DNA from: Malacoraja senta
Lineage: Eukaryota
Length of the DNA: 64,000 nt
Assembly (NCBI GenBank): GCA_038087875.1
Contig: CM075988.1
Location: forward strand, 11,718,001-11,782,000
Reading direction: 5' to 3'
Under the pieces are notes generated by a model. It was not told the origin of the DNA. It ran no database searches and worked only from the letters and a program-made list of their open reading frames with translations. Shown in pieces: positions 38,177 through 50,847 of the stretch (positions are counted from its first letter, which is position 1; the number at the start of each line of letters is the position of its first letter). The position numbers and the translations under genes were made by a program.

Positions 38177-38424
38177 AGGGCCTGTCCCACTTGACGATTT
38201 TTCTCGGCGACTGCCGGCGTCATTGACTGGCGTACCAGGGTTGCCGAAAGATTTTGAACATTTCAAAATCCAGCGTCGACAAAAAAAATGTTGCCACACT
38301 TGAGGAAACACCGCACGGCAATACATCGCACCGCCGCATCACTGTCGCAACTTTTTCGGTGACCTGATACGTCGGTCAATGAAGCCGGCAGTCGCCGAAA
38401 AAATCGCCAAGTGGGACAGACCCT
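38177..38424. mobile_element. PIF/Harbinger-type MITE
   Basis: About 70-bp imperfect TIR beginning AGGGCCTGTCCCACTTG, with TTA TSD at 38174-38176 and 38425-38427. Confidence 0.88.
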
Positions 38425-39315
38425 TTAGGTGTTTGAGAAGCAACGGTGAAGCAGTCAAAATAGTTTGTGAATTGTACGTGAGGTGCCAATTGTTATTCAG
38501 ATGAGCACTTGAGATGCCATTATAACAGGTTGATGGTCGAAGATAAAATACATTTTCTTGACTGGCTTACATGCATTCAGTTGAATGTTCCATTTCTGTG
38601 CCATATATCCAGCCGTTCTGTGACACATACTTGGAGATGGGGTTCACAGCACAATGTGAAGTAAAATGTGCAATTTTGTTTGAACTAATTTAGCGTTGAT
38701 TTTGCTGTGTCAGCCAATTTGCAATTTTTTTTTTTGATTAGCAGATGTGTCTTTTCTGAAAATGTTATGGATGCCTGTTTTGAGTTGATGTTCGAAACAA
38801 TGGATATGTGCAGTGGCTGGGCTGAATATGGGTGGCAATGGGAAAGATGGTTATCCACAGTGCAGTGATTGCAGTTGTTATTTGGAGGGCAAGCGTGAAA
38901 TAAGATGCCTTCTAGATGAGAGAAATCAGGAGGTTCGTGACAGATCAAGTATCCGGTGGAATGACTGCTGCATGTGCAATTGTCCGTGTGCCAGGCCAGT
39001 AAAGTAATTAAAAGGTACAGCACTGGTCAACTATGGGGATTAGTGGGTAAAATGAAAAAGTAAAGCTTCAGGCAGACAAAAGTTTTTTTGAAAATGCTTT
39101 TGCTACGACAGGATGCTGGATTAGTGGGTTCCTGACCAAGGGAATTGCAATGCTGATGAGGAACAATAATATGAGCTAGCTTCCATTTTGTCATAAGAGT
39201 TGTACAGTCCAGAAACAGGACCGTCAACCCACTTTCAAAAGGATAACAGGTTGTATTATTACTTGTATTGGTAGATAGTAAGTGACCATCCAATTTACCA
39301 GGACTTGGTCTGTGA

Positions 39316-41850
39316 ACATAGAAAATAGGTGCAGGAGTAGGCCATTCGGCCCCGAGCCTGCACCGCCATTCAATATGTTCATGGCTGATCATCCAACTCA
39401 GTATCCTGTACCTGCCTTCTCTCTAACTTCCTCTTAAATATAGCCAATGAACTGGCCTCAACTACCTTCTGTGGCAGAGAATTCCACAGATTCACCACTC
39501 TCTGTGTAAAAAATGATTTTCTCATCTCGGTCCTAAAAGACTTCCCCCTTATCCTTAAACTGTGACCCCTTGTTCTGGACTTCCCCAACACCGGGAATAA
39601 TCTTCCTGCATCTAGCCTGTCCAACCCCTTAAGAATTTTGTAAGTTTTTATAAGATCCCCCCTCAATCTTCTAAATTCTAGCGAGTACAAGCCAAGTCTA
39701 TCCAGTCTTTCTTCATATGAAAGTCATGCCATCCCAGGAATCAGTCTGGTGAACCTTCTCTGTACTCCCTCTATGGCAAGAATGTATTTCCTCAGATTAG
39801 GAGACCAAAACTGTACGCAATACTCCAGGTGTGGTCTCACCAAGATCCTGTACAACTGCAGTAGAACCTCCCTGCTCTTATACTCAAATCCTTTTGCTAT
39901 GAATGCTAACATACCATTCGCTTTCTTCACGGCCTGCTGCACCTGCATGCCTACTTTCAATGATTGATGTACCATGACAACCAGGTCTCGTTGCATCACC
40001 CCTTTTCCTAATCGGCCACCATTCAGATAATAGTCTACTTTCCTGTTTTTGCCACCAAAGTGGATAACCTCACATTTATCCACATTATACTGCATCTGCC
40101 ATGCATTTGCCCACTCACCCAACCTATCCAAGTCACCTTGCAGCCTCCTAGCATCCTCCTCACAGCTAACACTGCCCCCCAGCTTCGTGTCATCCGCAAA
40201 CTTGCATTCAATTCCCTCATCCAGGTCATTAATATATATTGTAAATGGCTGGGGTCCCAGCACTGAGCCTTGCAGTACCCCACTAGTCACTGCCTGCCAT
40301 TCTGAAAAGGACCCGTTTACTCCTACTCTTTGCTTCCTGTCTGCCAGCCAGTTCTCTATCCACATCAATACTGAACCCCCAATACCATGTGCTTTAAGTT
40401 TGCATACTAATCTCTTATGTGGGACCGTGTCGAAAGCCTTCTGAAAGTCCAGATATAACACATCCACTGGTTCTCCCTTATCCACTCTACTAGTTACATC
40501 CTTGAAAAATTCTATAAGATTCGTCAGACATGATTTACCTTTCCATGCTGACTTTGTCCAATAAATTCACCACTTTCCAAATGTGCTGCTATCTCATCTT
40601 TAATAACTGACTCTAGCATTTCCCCACTACCGATGTTAGACTAACTGGTCTGTAATTCCCCGTTTTCTCTCTCCCTCCCTTTTTAAAAAGTGGGGTTACA
40701 TTAGCTACCCTCCAATCCTCAGGAACTACTCCAGAATCTAAAGAGTTCTGAAAAATTATCACTAATGCATCCACTATTTCTGGGGCCACTTCCTTAAGTA
40801 CTCTGGGATTCAACTTATCTGGCCATGGGGATTTATCGGCCTTTAATCCATTCAATTTACCTAACACCACTTCCCGACTAACCTGGATTTCAATCAGTTC
40901 CTCCATCTCATTGGACCCCCGGTCCCCTGCTATTTCCGGCAGATTATTTATGTCTTCCTTAGTGAAGACAGAACGAAAGTAGTTATTCAATTGGTCTGCC
41001 ATGTCCTTGATCCCCATGATCAATTAGCCTGTTTCTGACTGCAAGGGACCTACATTGGTTTTAATTAATCTTTTTCTCTTCACATATCTATAAAAACTTT
41101 TGCAGTCAGTTTTTATGTTCCCTGCCAGTTTTCTTTCATAATCTATTTTCCCTTTCCTAATTAAGCCCTTTGTCCTCCTCTGCTGGACTCTGAATTTCTC
41201 CCAGTCCCCTGGTAGGCTGCTTTTTCTGGCTAATTTGAAATCTTCATCTTTGGTTTTGATACTATCCCTGATTTCCCTTGTTATCCACGGATGCACTACC
41301 TTCCCTGATTTATTCTTTTGCCAAACTGGGATGAACAATTGTTGTAGTTCATCCATGCAGTCTTTAAATGCCTTCCATTGCATATCCACCGTCAATCCTT
41401 TAAGAATCAATTGCCAGTCTATCTTGGCCAATTCACGTTTCATACCTTCAAAGTTGCCTTTCTTTAAGTTCAGGACCCTTGTTTCTGAATTAACAATGTC
41501 ACTCTCCATCCTAATGAAGAACAACCATATTATGGTCACTCTTGCTCAAGGGGCCACGCACAACAAGACTGCTAACTAACCCTTCCTCATTACTCAATAT
41601 CCAGTCTAGAATAGCCTGCTCTGTCGTTAGTTCCTCTACATGTTGGTTTAGAAAACTATCCCACATACATTCCAAGATATCCTCTTCCTCAGCACCCCTG
41701 CCAATTTGATTCACCCAATCTATATGTAGATTGAAGTCACCCATTATAACTGTTTTACCTTTGTTGCACGCATTTCTAATTTCCTGTTTGATGCCATCCC
41801 CAACTCCACTACTACTGATAGGTGGCCTGTACACAACTCCCACTAGCATT
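39316..41850 (-). mobile_element. CR1 LINE (HER1-like), 5'-truncated ORF2: APE C-terminus and reverse transcriptase
   Basis: APE motifs VYRPP, IMGDFN, ILDWIL, SDHN (41511..41849). RT motifs GNYRPVSLTS, YLDFQKAFD, QGSVLGP, KFADD, RPHLEYCVQFW (40613..41023, 39724..40485). 3'UTR and CATAGAAA tail at 39316. Stops and frameshifts are present. Confidence 0.97.
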
Positions 41851-42596
41851 TTCTAGTGTTTTCTAGCGTTTTCAAAACTTCTATCTCTGAGCAATTCAGG
41901 TACTCATCCAATTTTGTCAACTCGCTGGCAATTTGAAATTTGTTCTCCAAGTCTGTAGGTTTGAAAAGTACATCAACCCACTGACTGAACAACAGGTTCT
42001 TGTGTGGTTCCTGGGATGGTGAGTTTTTGGGAAGGAAGAGGAAAAACATGTCATGTGGTTCCATGCATGGAAGGACTAACAATTTCACAATTTATAATGT
42101 CAATTAGGAATGAAATTTTGGCAACTTTAAATTGCTCCGGTATCCAATGTTGGCAGGTATATAAGTTGATTTAATTTAGTTCAGTCTGAGATCTACATTA
42201 AAATGGGGAGGGGGAGGGAAGATTCTGAAAAGGGAGAATGACAGTGGCTGATAATGAGTGCTTATGGATTCATTACTCAGTCAGCTCAATTGAGTGTATT
42301 GGAATGTATCTCCCACAGTGGTGTGACCTAGACCTCATTAGCAGCACTTAATCTGTCTTTGGTTTATCAGAATCTGATACAAAAAGATCCAATTAATCCC
42401 TTGACAAAATAAAATTAGAGAAGTACTTTTCTCTGCAAAAGTCAATTACGTTCAAAATTTCAAGTGGTCCTATAGCATGGGTCTGCCTTTCATTCAGATA
42501 ACCCGTAAAACTGTGCAAACATCCGATAAAGAAAAATTCTTCCTGATTTCACATCTCGTTGAATGTCCTACTGATATGTATATTTTATTTGAAATA

Positions 42597-42827
42597 CACT
42601 TTTTCACACAAAGCCTCGTATGTGTATGGAACAAGCTGCCAGAGGAGGTAGTTGAGGCTGGGACTATCCCAACGTTTAAGAAACAGTTAGACAGGTACAT
42701 GGATAAGACAAGTTTGGTGGGATATGGACCAAACGCAGGTGGGATTAGTGTAGCCAAGACATGTTGGCCAATATGCATAAGTTGGGCCGAAGGGCCTGTT
42801 TCCACACTGTATCACTCTATGACTCTA
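42597..42827 (+). mobile_element. CR1 LINE 3' fragment
   Basis: FFTQ..VWNKLPEEVVEAGTIPTFKKQLDRYMD in ORF 42477..42848, with a CTCTATGA-type tail. Confidence 0.85.
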
Positions 42828-43271
42828 AGATACTGCCATGTGTTTTAACTCCTTAAAAGTCAATCTAAGTGTGTATAAATGCATGAAAGATTACAAGATA
42901 GGTAAGTCCTATTGGGAAGCTTCAATAATATCCAACCTTGAGTGATGTTAATATCATAATTACAAACACAAAACCAACTGCATATTCTACAATTAGCACA
43001 AGATAACTATTTTATTTGCAGGTTGATCCTAGATGACTTTCTAATTTTTGAACAATGTGGCATGATGTGTCCACAAGAGACATCTGCTTTGTTGTTTTCA
43101 GATGAATGTATTCTTCAGATAACTTCAGGTAATATTCGTTAGGCATTTGTGAATTTTGGATTGAAATCGCAAAATCAGAGAATGGTCAATTTGAGTCATC
43201 TAAAACCTTAACAAGAGGCTGCATTAAATAATTTCAAATAACCACTCTTACCACAAGTAAGAAATCAATCT

Positions 43272-43605
43272 TATAACCATATAACCATATAACCATTACA
43301 GCACGGAAACAGGCCATCTCGGCCCTTCAATTCCGTGCCGAACATTTTATTTTTTATTTTTTTTAAATAAATACTTCCCCCTAGTCCCATCTACCTGCAC
43401 TCAGACCATAACCCTCCATTCCTTTCCCGTCCATATACCCATCCAATCTATTTTTAAAAGATAAAATCGAACCAGCCTCCACCACTTCCACTGGAAGCTC
43501 ATGCCACACAGCTACCACTCTCTGAGTAAAGAAGTTCCCCCTAATGTTACCCCTAAACTTCTGTCCCTTAATTCTCAAGTCATGTCCCCTTGTTTGAATC
43601 TTCCC
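43272..43605 (-). mobile_element. CR1 LINE 3' fragment
   Basis: TRGHDLRIKG..FFTQRVVAVWHELP in ORF 43381..43647, with an (ACCATATA)n tail at about 43273-43298. Confidence 0.88.
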
Positions 43606-43894
43606 TGTATGAAGCAACATCACAGGCATATAAGTGCAAGTAAACATCTAATGTTTGTATTCTGTGCCCCAATCACTTTATACACTCAAATGATATTGCA
43701 CATTTGCTAAGTCTTTCTGCAGGTCAATATTTCTCCTTCTTATAAAGGATTTTCTCTTGGAATAGGGAGAAAGATATTAGCCAAACAAAGGACTAGCTTG
43801 GATGGAGCATTTTGGTCAGCATGGATGGATTATAACTCTATAACTCCATAATATATTTGTTCAAATTGTTGTGAAGGGATACAGTTGAAATGAT

Positions 43895-44165
43895 ATGTAA
43901 GGAGGAACTGCAGATGCAGGTTTACACCGAAGATAGACACAAAAAGGAATAAGAATAGGAATACTTTATTATCACATGTGACAAGGCACAGTGAGATTCT
44001 TTGCTGCATACCCAATGTATACAAATAGCAGCCACCTACAGCGCTGACAAGGTTACAAAGCATGCTGGCTTTAACTCATAATGTGGGAGTAACTCAGCAG
44101 GTAAGGCAGTATCTCTGGAGAAAAGGAATAGGTGATGTTTTGGATTGAGACTCTTCATCAGACTG
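43895..44165 (-). mobile_element. Penelope pLTR with a nested Rex-type 3' fragment (about 43946-44060)
   Basis: TGTAAGGAGGAACTGCAGATGC...TAGACACAAA is interrupted by GAATAAGAATAGGAATACTTTATTATCACATGTGAC.... A hammerhead remnant lies at 44131-44164. Confidence 0.7.
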
Positions 44166-44321
44166 GGTTGAAATAACATCTGGTCTTTACTTTGGCCAAC
44201 ACCTGCATCACCAGCTGTTTATTGGAGAGTTAAGCATGCTGGCATGTGAAGAGAGTGTGGTTATTTGGAAATGGCTATTTTCCTTATTTTAAAAAGAAGG
44301 AAACGGTTCAATTCCTAATAT

Positions 44322-44583
44322 TCTACTCAATCAGGATAAATAATCTTGAGGATACTTTCGCAAATTGTATGCTGCTCCTTGGATTTCAAATCATATTCAA
44401 ACTCAGCAACATCAGAGCAGTAGCATTTATTTAAAACCAACTGTGACAACAGTGTACCTTGTTGAATCCACTTTGTTCGAGTAAATTAGATGCATTTTTA
44501 CAATTATGCATCTGTAACATTCAATTTTTTGCATGTTATTTTCAATATCATAACTAGCCTCGGGTAGAGTTTAAAATCTTACA
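44322..44583 (+). repeat. 5' LTR-like direct repeat
   Basis: Near-identical to 46021-46268 apart from substitutions and one indel of about 13 bp. Ends in CA, followed by TAGTGAC (possible decayed PBS). Confidence 0.7.
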
Positions 44584-46020
44584 TAGTGACAATGTGACGC
44601 GTGACAATCTGATACCCATACATAAGCCTTGGGACCGTCCATGCCTTCTATAGGTCCCCACGACAAGCATTAACCCCTCAACAATCGCCTAAACCCCCAG
44701 GGAGGGTAACTGATCATCTAGTTAATAACTGTGGTAATTGTGGTGGCTCACACCAGAAACTTCGTGAGCAATGCCCCGCTTATGGCAAATCTTGTCTATT
44801 GTAAAAAGAAAGGCCACTTTATCTGGTGCTGCCATGCTCGTACCAACCGGGACCAGTCACAACAATCTCTCTATAAACTTGAACCCACACTCTCCCATGA
44901 GGCACTGACTGAAACAACAGAACCACAACCGCAGCACCTGCAAGAAGTCAGCCAAAACATACATTCTTGTATTCCAGATTCTGTGGCTCCAGACAGTGAT
45001 CCCATGACAATGCTCAGTATCAACAACACCAAGGTTGCCGCTAAGATAGACACGGGGCAAGGTGTAACGTGATCTCGCTGGCAGATTTCCAAAGAATTCA
45101 CAACAACGAAACTGTTCTGAAAACAAACTCGAAGTTACATCCATTTGGTGGAGGGGAATTGCAACCAGTTGGTACGGTTACACTACAATGCCATACGGCG
45201 TCTCAAGTTTACAACTTGGAATTTTTTATCATAAGGGGAAGTGCCGCTCCTTCTGGGCAATGGTGCATGCCGTAATATGAACCTAGTTTTCTTCGGCAAA
45301 ACTGTGTATCAGCTGTCGACCTCTCAAAGTCCGACCCAACAACTACTCGAACTATACAAAGAACGTTAAGACAATCAGCTGGGCAAGCTTCCCACAGAAT
45401 ACAGCATTGTAACCGACAAGGAAGTTATACCTGTCGTTCTTTCTCCTCACAAAATCCCACATGCAATGATGGACCGCGTCAAAGCTGAATTAGACAGAAT
45501 GGAATCGCTGGGTGTAATAGCCCCTGTCAACGACCCCTCCGCCTGGGTCTTCACCATGGTTCCAGCTGTCAAGAAGAACAAAGACAAAATAAGAATCTGC
45601 ATCAACCCTAAGGATTTAAATACTGCCATCAAACGGCCACACCACATCACGGTCGAAACTGATCACCAGCCCCTGGTATCCTCAGTAAGCCGATCCACAT
45701 GGCACCAGCGTGCTTACAACGCATGATGATGGAACTACAGAGATATGACATCAGACTAACCTACAAGCGTTGTAAGAACATGCACTTCTGACACCATGTT
45801 TATCGGCGGCCCAATACGAAAAACACACTCATGGTGAAATCCAACTTTATTCCATTGAATACACAGGAACATTTCAATAGCCAGCTGCTTGCATCTGGCT
45901 TTACTGACTAGTGTGCCCGAGAGAGAGGGAATCTTTGTGTGGTACCGTAATACCATGTAAAGGGTGGCATGCTCATATGTGTGGTGAAGGTTATAAATGG
46001 CATGAATTAATAAGGGTTAA

Positions 46021-46268
46021 TCTACAAATCAGGATAAATAATCTTGAGGATACTTTCACAAGTTGTATGCTGCTCCTTGGATTTCAAGTCATATTCAAAC
46101 TCAGCAACATCAGAGCAGTAGCATTTATTTAAAACCAACTGTGACAACATTGTACCTTGCTAAATCCACTTTGTTCGAGTAAATTAGATGCATTTTTACA
46201 ATTACTCAATTTTTTGCATGTTATTTTCAATATCACAACTAGCCTCGGGTAGAGTTTAAAATCTTATA
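46021..46268 (+). repeat. 3' LTR-like direct repeat
   Basis: Copy of 44322-44583. A purine tract GAGAGAGAGGGAA lies upstream at about 45919-45931. Confidence 0.7.
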
Positions 46269-47710
46269 ATGGCATAATTAATGAATCAGCAGAATTAGTT
46301 ATTATACTTCCCACCGCATCATTTCCCAGCCCCGCACAGCCCGTTTTTACGTTCTCCCCAAAATCCACAAACACAACTGCCCTGGCAGACCCATTGTTTC
46401 TGCCTGCTCCTGTCCCACGGAAATGATTTCCACGTACCTTGACCATCCTATCCCCCCCCCCCCCCCCCCCCGGTCCAATCTCTCTCAACCTATGTCAAAG
46501 GTACCTCATGTGCCCTTTGTCTCTTTAATGACTTCCGCTTTCCGAGTCCCCACTCCCTCATCTTTACTATGGACGTTCTGTCACTCTACACCTCCATCCC
46601 CCACCAGGAAGGCCTTAAAGCCCTCTGTTTCTTCCTCGACTGCAGAACATCCAATTTCCCTCTATTAACACTCTACTATGCCTAGCGGAGCTGGTCCTCG
46701 CCAGCAACAACTTCTCTTTTGACTCCTCCCAGTTCCTCTAAGTCCAAGGCATAGCTATGGGGACCAGCATATGCCTGCCTCTTTGTAGGATAGGCTGAAC
46801 AATCCATGTTCCAGGCATACACTGGCCCTATCCCCGAACTCTAACTCTGTTACATTGATGACTGCATCGATGCTACCTCCTGCACCCGTGCAGAACTCAT
46901 GGACTTCATCAACTTCACCACCAGTTTTCATCCTGCACTCAAATTTACTTGGACCATCTCTGATACCTCCCTCCTCTTTCTTGATCTCCATATCCATCAC
47001 AAGAAATAGATTAGTTACTGACGTCTATTACAAATCCACTGATTCCCACAACTATCTTGACTACACATCTTCCCACCCTACTTCCTGCAAAGACTCTATC
47101 CCCTACTCTCAATTCCTCCGTCTACGCTGCATCAGCGCCCAAATGAGGTGTTCCACACTAGAACATCCGAGATGTCCTCATTCTTTAGGAAACGTGTGTT
47201 CCCTTTCCCATCATAGATGAGACCCTCACTCATGTCTCCCCGGTACCCCACAGCTCCGCCCTTGCTCCCCATCCCCTAGTCACAACAGAGACAGAGTCCC
47301 CCTAGTCCTTACCTTCCACCCCATCAGCCGTCGCATACAACACATAATCCTCCAAAATTTCTGCCACCTCCAACGTGATCCCACCACTAGCCACATTTTC
47401 CCATCTCCACCCCTTTCCTCCTTCCGCAGAGACAGTTCCCTCCGCAACTCCCTGGTTCACTCATCCCTTCCCACCCAAACCACCTTCTCCCAAGGCACCT
47501 TCCCCTGCAACCGCAGAAGATGTAACACCTGTCGCTATACCTCCTCTCTCGACTCTGTCCAGGGACACTGACAGTCCTTTCAGATTAGGCAGAGGTTCAC
47601 TTGCAACTCCTCCGACCTCATCTAATGTATCCGCTGTTCAAGATGTGGACTCTTATACATCGGCGAGACCAAACCCAGACTGGGCGATCGTTTCTGGGTG
47701 AAATAACCAT

Positions 47711-48352
47711 CGGGTGGCGTCAGCAATGGCTGCCTCACCAACAGTCTGTCTGTATCTTTCTTTTTTTTAAGTATGTGTTAAATGTATGTGTTTAGTGTTC
47801 TTTAGCTTGTTTTTATGTGGAGGGTGGAGGAGGGGTTTGGGGGAAACTTTTTCAAATTTCTTCCCTCGACGAAGATGCGATTTTTTTCCATTTCGTATCA
47901 CCGTCCGCACTGCCGCCTAACATTGAGGAGTTGGCGGCCTTTGCTGGAGACCAACTTTGAGAGCTCCACCGCGGGAGCCTGCGGGTCTTTAACATCGTGG
48001 AGCTCGCGGTCTCTTGTCAGAGACCGACTTTGGGAACTCCAAGCCGTGGGAGCTTCGACTGCCCCGACACGGGGGCTTCTACTGCCCCGACGCGGGATTT
48101 TTGATCGGCCCCACGTGGGAGCTTCGATCACCCCGACGGATGGTTCGACTGCCCCGACCGTGGGAGAAAAATGAGGGAGCATTAGACCTCATGATCTTCC
48201 ATCACATTGAGGAAAGTGGGGAATCCGCTGTGTTGGATGTTTATGTTAACTTTTATGCTTGTGTGTGTTCTTGCTTTTTTTAGTATGGCCGTATGGTAAT
48301 TTGCATATCACTGTTCCTTATTTGGTACCCGTGACAATAAAAGACCTTTGAA
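47711..48352 (+). mobile_element. GC/CpG-rich non-coding retroposon (copy C) inserted in the PLE endonuclease
   Basis: It splits the GDRF|EHL coding sequence. CGGGTGGCGTCAGC start, T tract, G tract, hairpin at 48198-48237, stem-loop and AATAAA. Confidence 0.75.
48048..48165 (+). repeat. Tandem array of five units of about 21-24 bp (GGGAGCTTCGACTGCCCCGAC)
   Basis: Units start at about 48048, 48071, 48094, 48117 and 48138, with no unique spacers. Confidence 0.8.
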
Positions 48353-49219
48353 CACCTTCGCTCAGCCCGCGTGAACCAACCTGATCTCCCGGTTGCTGGA
48401 CACTTTAAATCTCCTTCCAATTCCTCCACAGAGCTTTCTGTCCTCTCTCTCCTCCATTGTCAGAATGAGGCTAAACGCAAATTTAAGGACCAGCATCTCA
48501 TATTTTGCTTGGGCAGCTTACAGCTCAGTGGTATGAATTGTGATTTCTCTCACTCAGATAGTCCTGGCATTCCCACTCTATCTCTCCCTCACCCAGGTCG
48601 CGCCAGCTTCTCATTTTCACCCTACAAACAGCTTACAATGGCCTGTTTCCTTTACCATTGTTACCTTTTTGCATATCTTTCATTCATTGTTCTTTATCTC
48701 TCCACATCACAGTCTATATCTCTCGTTTCACTTATCCCTACAGTCTCGACCCGAAACGTCACCTATTCCTTCTCTCCAGAGATGCTGCCTGTCCCGTTGA
48801 GTTACTCCACCTTTTTGTGTCTATCTTTAGTTTATTCAAGTGCTTATTTTAGTTTTGTTATCCATTGAAATACTTAGCATTATTCTTGTCCAAATATATC
48901 GACATTCTGTCTTTGCAGACAGAAGAGTCTTTACAACTTGCAGCCTTGATAAGATATAATTACTTGCCAGCACAGCTTCTTAGATCGGAATCAATGAAAC
49001 TGGGCACAATAGGTCTGCTTAATCTATATTTGTTAGTATAGCTTGATGGTTTAATCATGGAAGAGTTCAAAACCTACTTTACATGCATTCAACTGCAGTT
49101 TTTTTTTTACCATTCTGATACCTTGTTGAAAAACCTCTTCTTCGGTAATTGATTCTCTGGGGGGGAAAAGTTACACCATTAGGAAGTCAAGATGAAATGA
49201 AGTTGCTTATTGAAAAAGA

Positions 49220-49412
49220 AGATAGACACAAAAAGCTGGAGTAACTCAGCGGGACGGGCAGCATCTGTGGAGAGAAGGAATGGGTGACGTTTTGGGTCGA
49301 GACCGTTCTTCAGACTGGTTAGGAATAAGGGAAACGAGAGATATACTGTAGATGGTGATGAGGAGAGATAAAGAACAAGGAATGAAAGATATATTAAAAT
49401 GTTACGATGATA
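49220..49412 (-). mobile_element. Penelope pLTR/3'UTR fragment with hammerhead motif
   Basis: The reverse complement of 49283-49316 is AGTCTGAAGAACGGTCTCGACCCAAAACGTCACC. The adjacent UTR matches 48655-48740. Confidence 0.85.
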
Positions 49413-50847
49413 AAGTTACTGCCTCCATATGCGCACACTACCCTGAATTCAACATTCAAAGCATGAAGATGGTTCAATAAGAAGAAAGTTATGATGGAAG
49501 ATTAATAATACTGCAGCCATCAATTTATGAAAATAAGATGAACAACAGTGCAGATATGATGGTCATAAAATGAGGGGGGGGGGGGGGTGGGGTGGTGGTC
49601 TGCTTCTTGTAAGTTATTTACCAGAAGGCCTAATATGAAGTTTTTCACAAAATGGATGAAGAGATAGTTTGAGGGCATGGATTTTGCTTGACTAGGGACA
49701 GATGCAGAAATGAAATGGATCAAAGCTCAAGTTTCTTTTTGAGTCTCAATGTAACACTGAAAACAACAGGCCAAATAACCACTTACTGTAATGTGACACG
49801 TCACCTCTTTCTCAAAACAATCAGACAGCAAGCTCTGCATTAAAAATAAATGGTTTCATATTTAGATCAATGCAAACTGCAGTGTCAGACAAGAATAGAA
49901 CATGGAATTATACTTAGCCAAGCAAGATTGTGTCTCTGGTATTATCCATTTACACATTTATTCCTGTTTCCATCTACATATATTAGAGATTTCTCTTGGC
50001 AATAGCACCTGACAAATAGTTGTCTGTTTTATGACTTTTTTCCTCTATAGTAGTTACAAGGTAATGCCAACGACTTCACAATAAATGGCTGACTGCCTCC
50101 ATTGAAATAGCTGACAAACACTTAAATTTCATTTTAAAGTTCTCTGGGAAATGCTACCCACTTTCTCTGCTTTCTGTATGTATTTGTCACTATCCTCTTT
50201 TGACCCATGTTCTCTGAGCCTCCACCGCCATTTTTTATATCCCAGTCCCTTTTGTCCCTCAGCAATAAAATAATCTGTCAAATTCTTCTTTCACCAACCC
50301 CTTTCTCTTTCTCAAACACTTTTCTTGATAACCCCTTTGTCTCACTACCCTCTTCTGCTTGCTACCATCTTCAGAATCTGTTCTGAACATGCTAATCCCA
50401 CAGAAACCTCTTCAATACCCTCTTTCTGATGACCAACCCCTCTAAGCTCTCTCTCACTCAACACTCTCCTCATCTTGTTACCAAACTGTATATTTCTCCA
50501 CCTAGCCATTGCATATGGCTCTGTTCTCCCTTCTTGTGCTGAACCATTCATTCCTCCAGTTCCTATATTCTAATTTACATTCATCACTTTCCTCCCATTC
50601 TCAAATCTCTAAATTAATTTTGACTCTCTCACCTCTTCACAAAATTGAATCTAAGTACAATGTCCCTTTGCTTTCTTAATCTTTTCCCCACTCAAAATCC
50701 TCACCACTGTATCACAATCATGCCTCAATTCACCATATGTGCACAGCCTTCAACAGCCTTTATCAACAGTCCCAACTTAAATCCACCTTTCAAACTTCGT
50801 AAACCCAATTCCTTCCTTGGGTTTTGTAATACCAAATTACTAAATTG

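Larger units (their letters stand above)
44322..46268 (+). mobile_element. Gypsy/Ty3 LTR retrotransposon, internally deleted and decayed
   Basis: Gag zinc knuckles CGNCGGSH..C and CKKKGHFIWCC (about 44730-44832), protease KIDTG (about 45043-45057), RT N-terminus VKAELDRMESLGVI..IRICINPKDLN, RNase H VETDHQPL and LQRMMMELQRYD. Flanked by about 250-bp direct repeats. Confidence 0.9.
46308..48830 (+). mobile_element. Penelope-like retroelement (RT, GIY-YIG endonuclease and pLTR), decayed, with a nested insertion
   Basis: [29 protein letters not shown] (46851-46868), FLDL, YYKSTDSHNYL..SHP, CIRCSRCGLLYIGETKPRLGDRF (about 47626-47694). It resumes after the insertion as EHLRS..PVAGHF..QHLIFCLGSLQ. 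The pLTR is at about 48741-48830. Confidence 0.93.

Noticed and set aside
38745-39007. Cys-rich ORF downstream of a polypyrimidine tract and AG
   Set aside because: Frames from the acceptor hit stop codons and the cysteine spacing matches no domain I recognise.
48048-48165. Short repeats resembling a CRISPR array
   Set aside because: The units are directly tandem with no unique spacers, there are no cas genes, and the context is eukaryotic.
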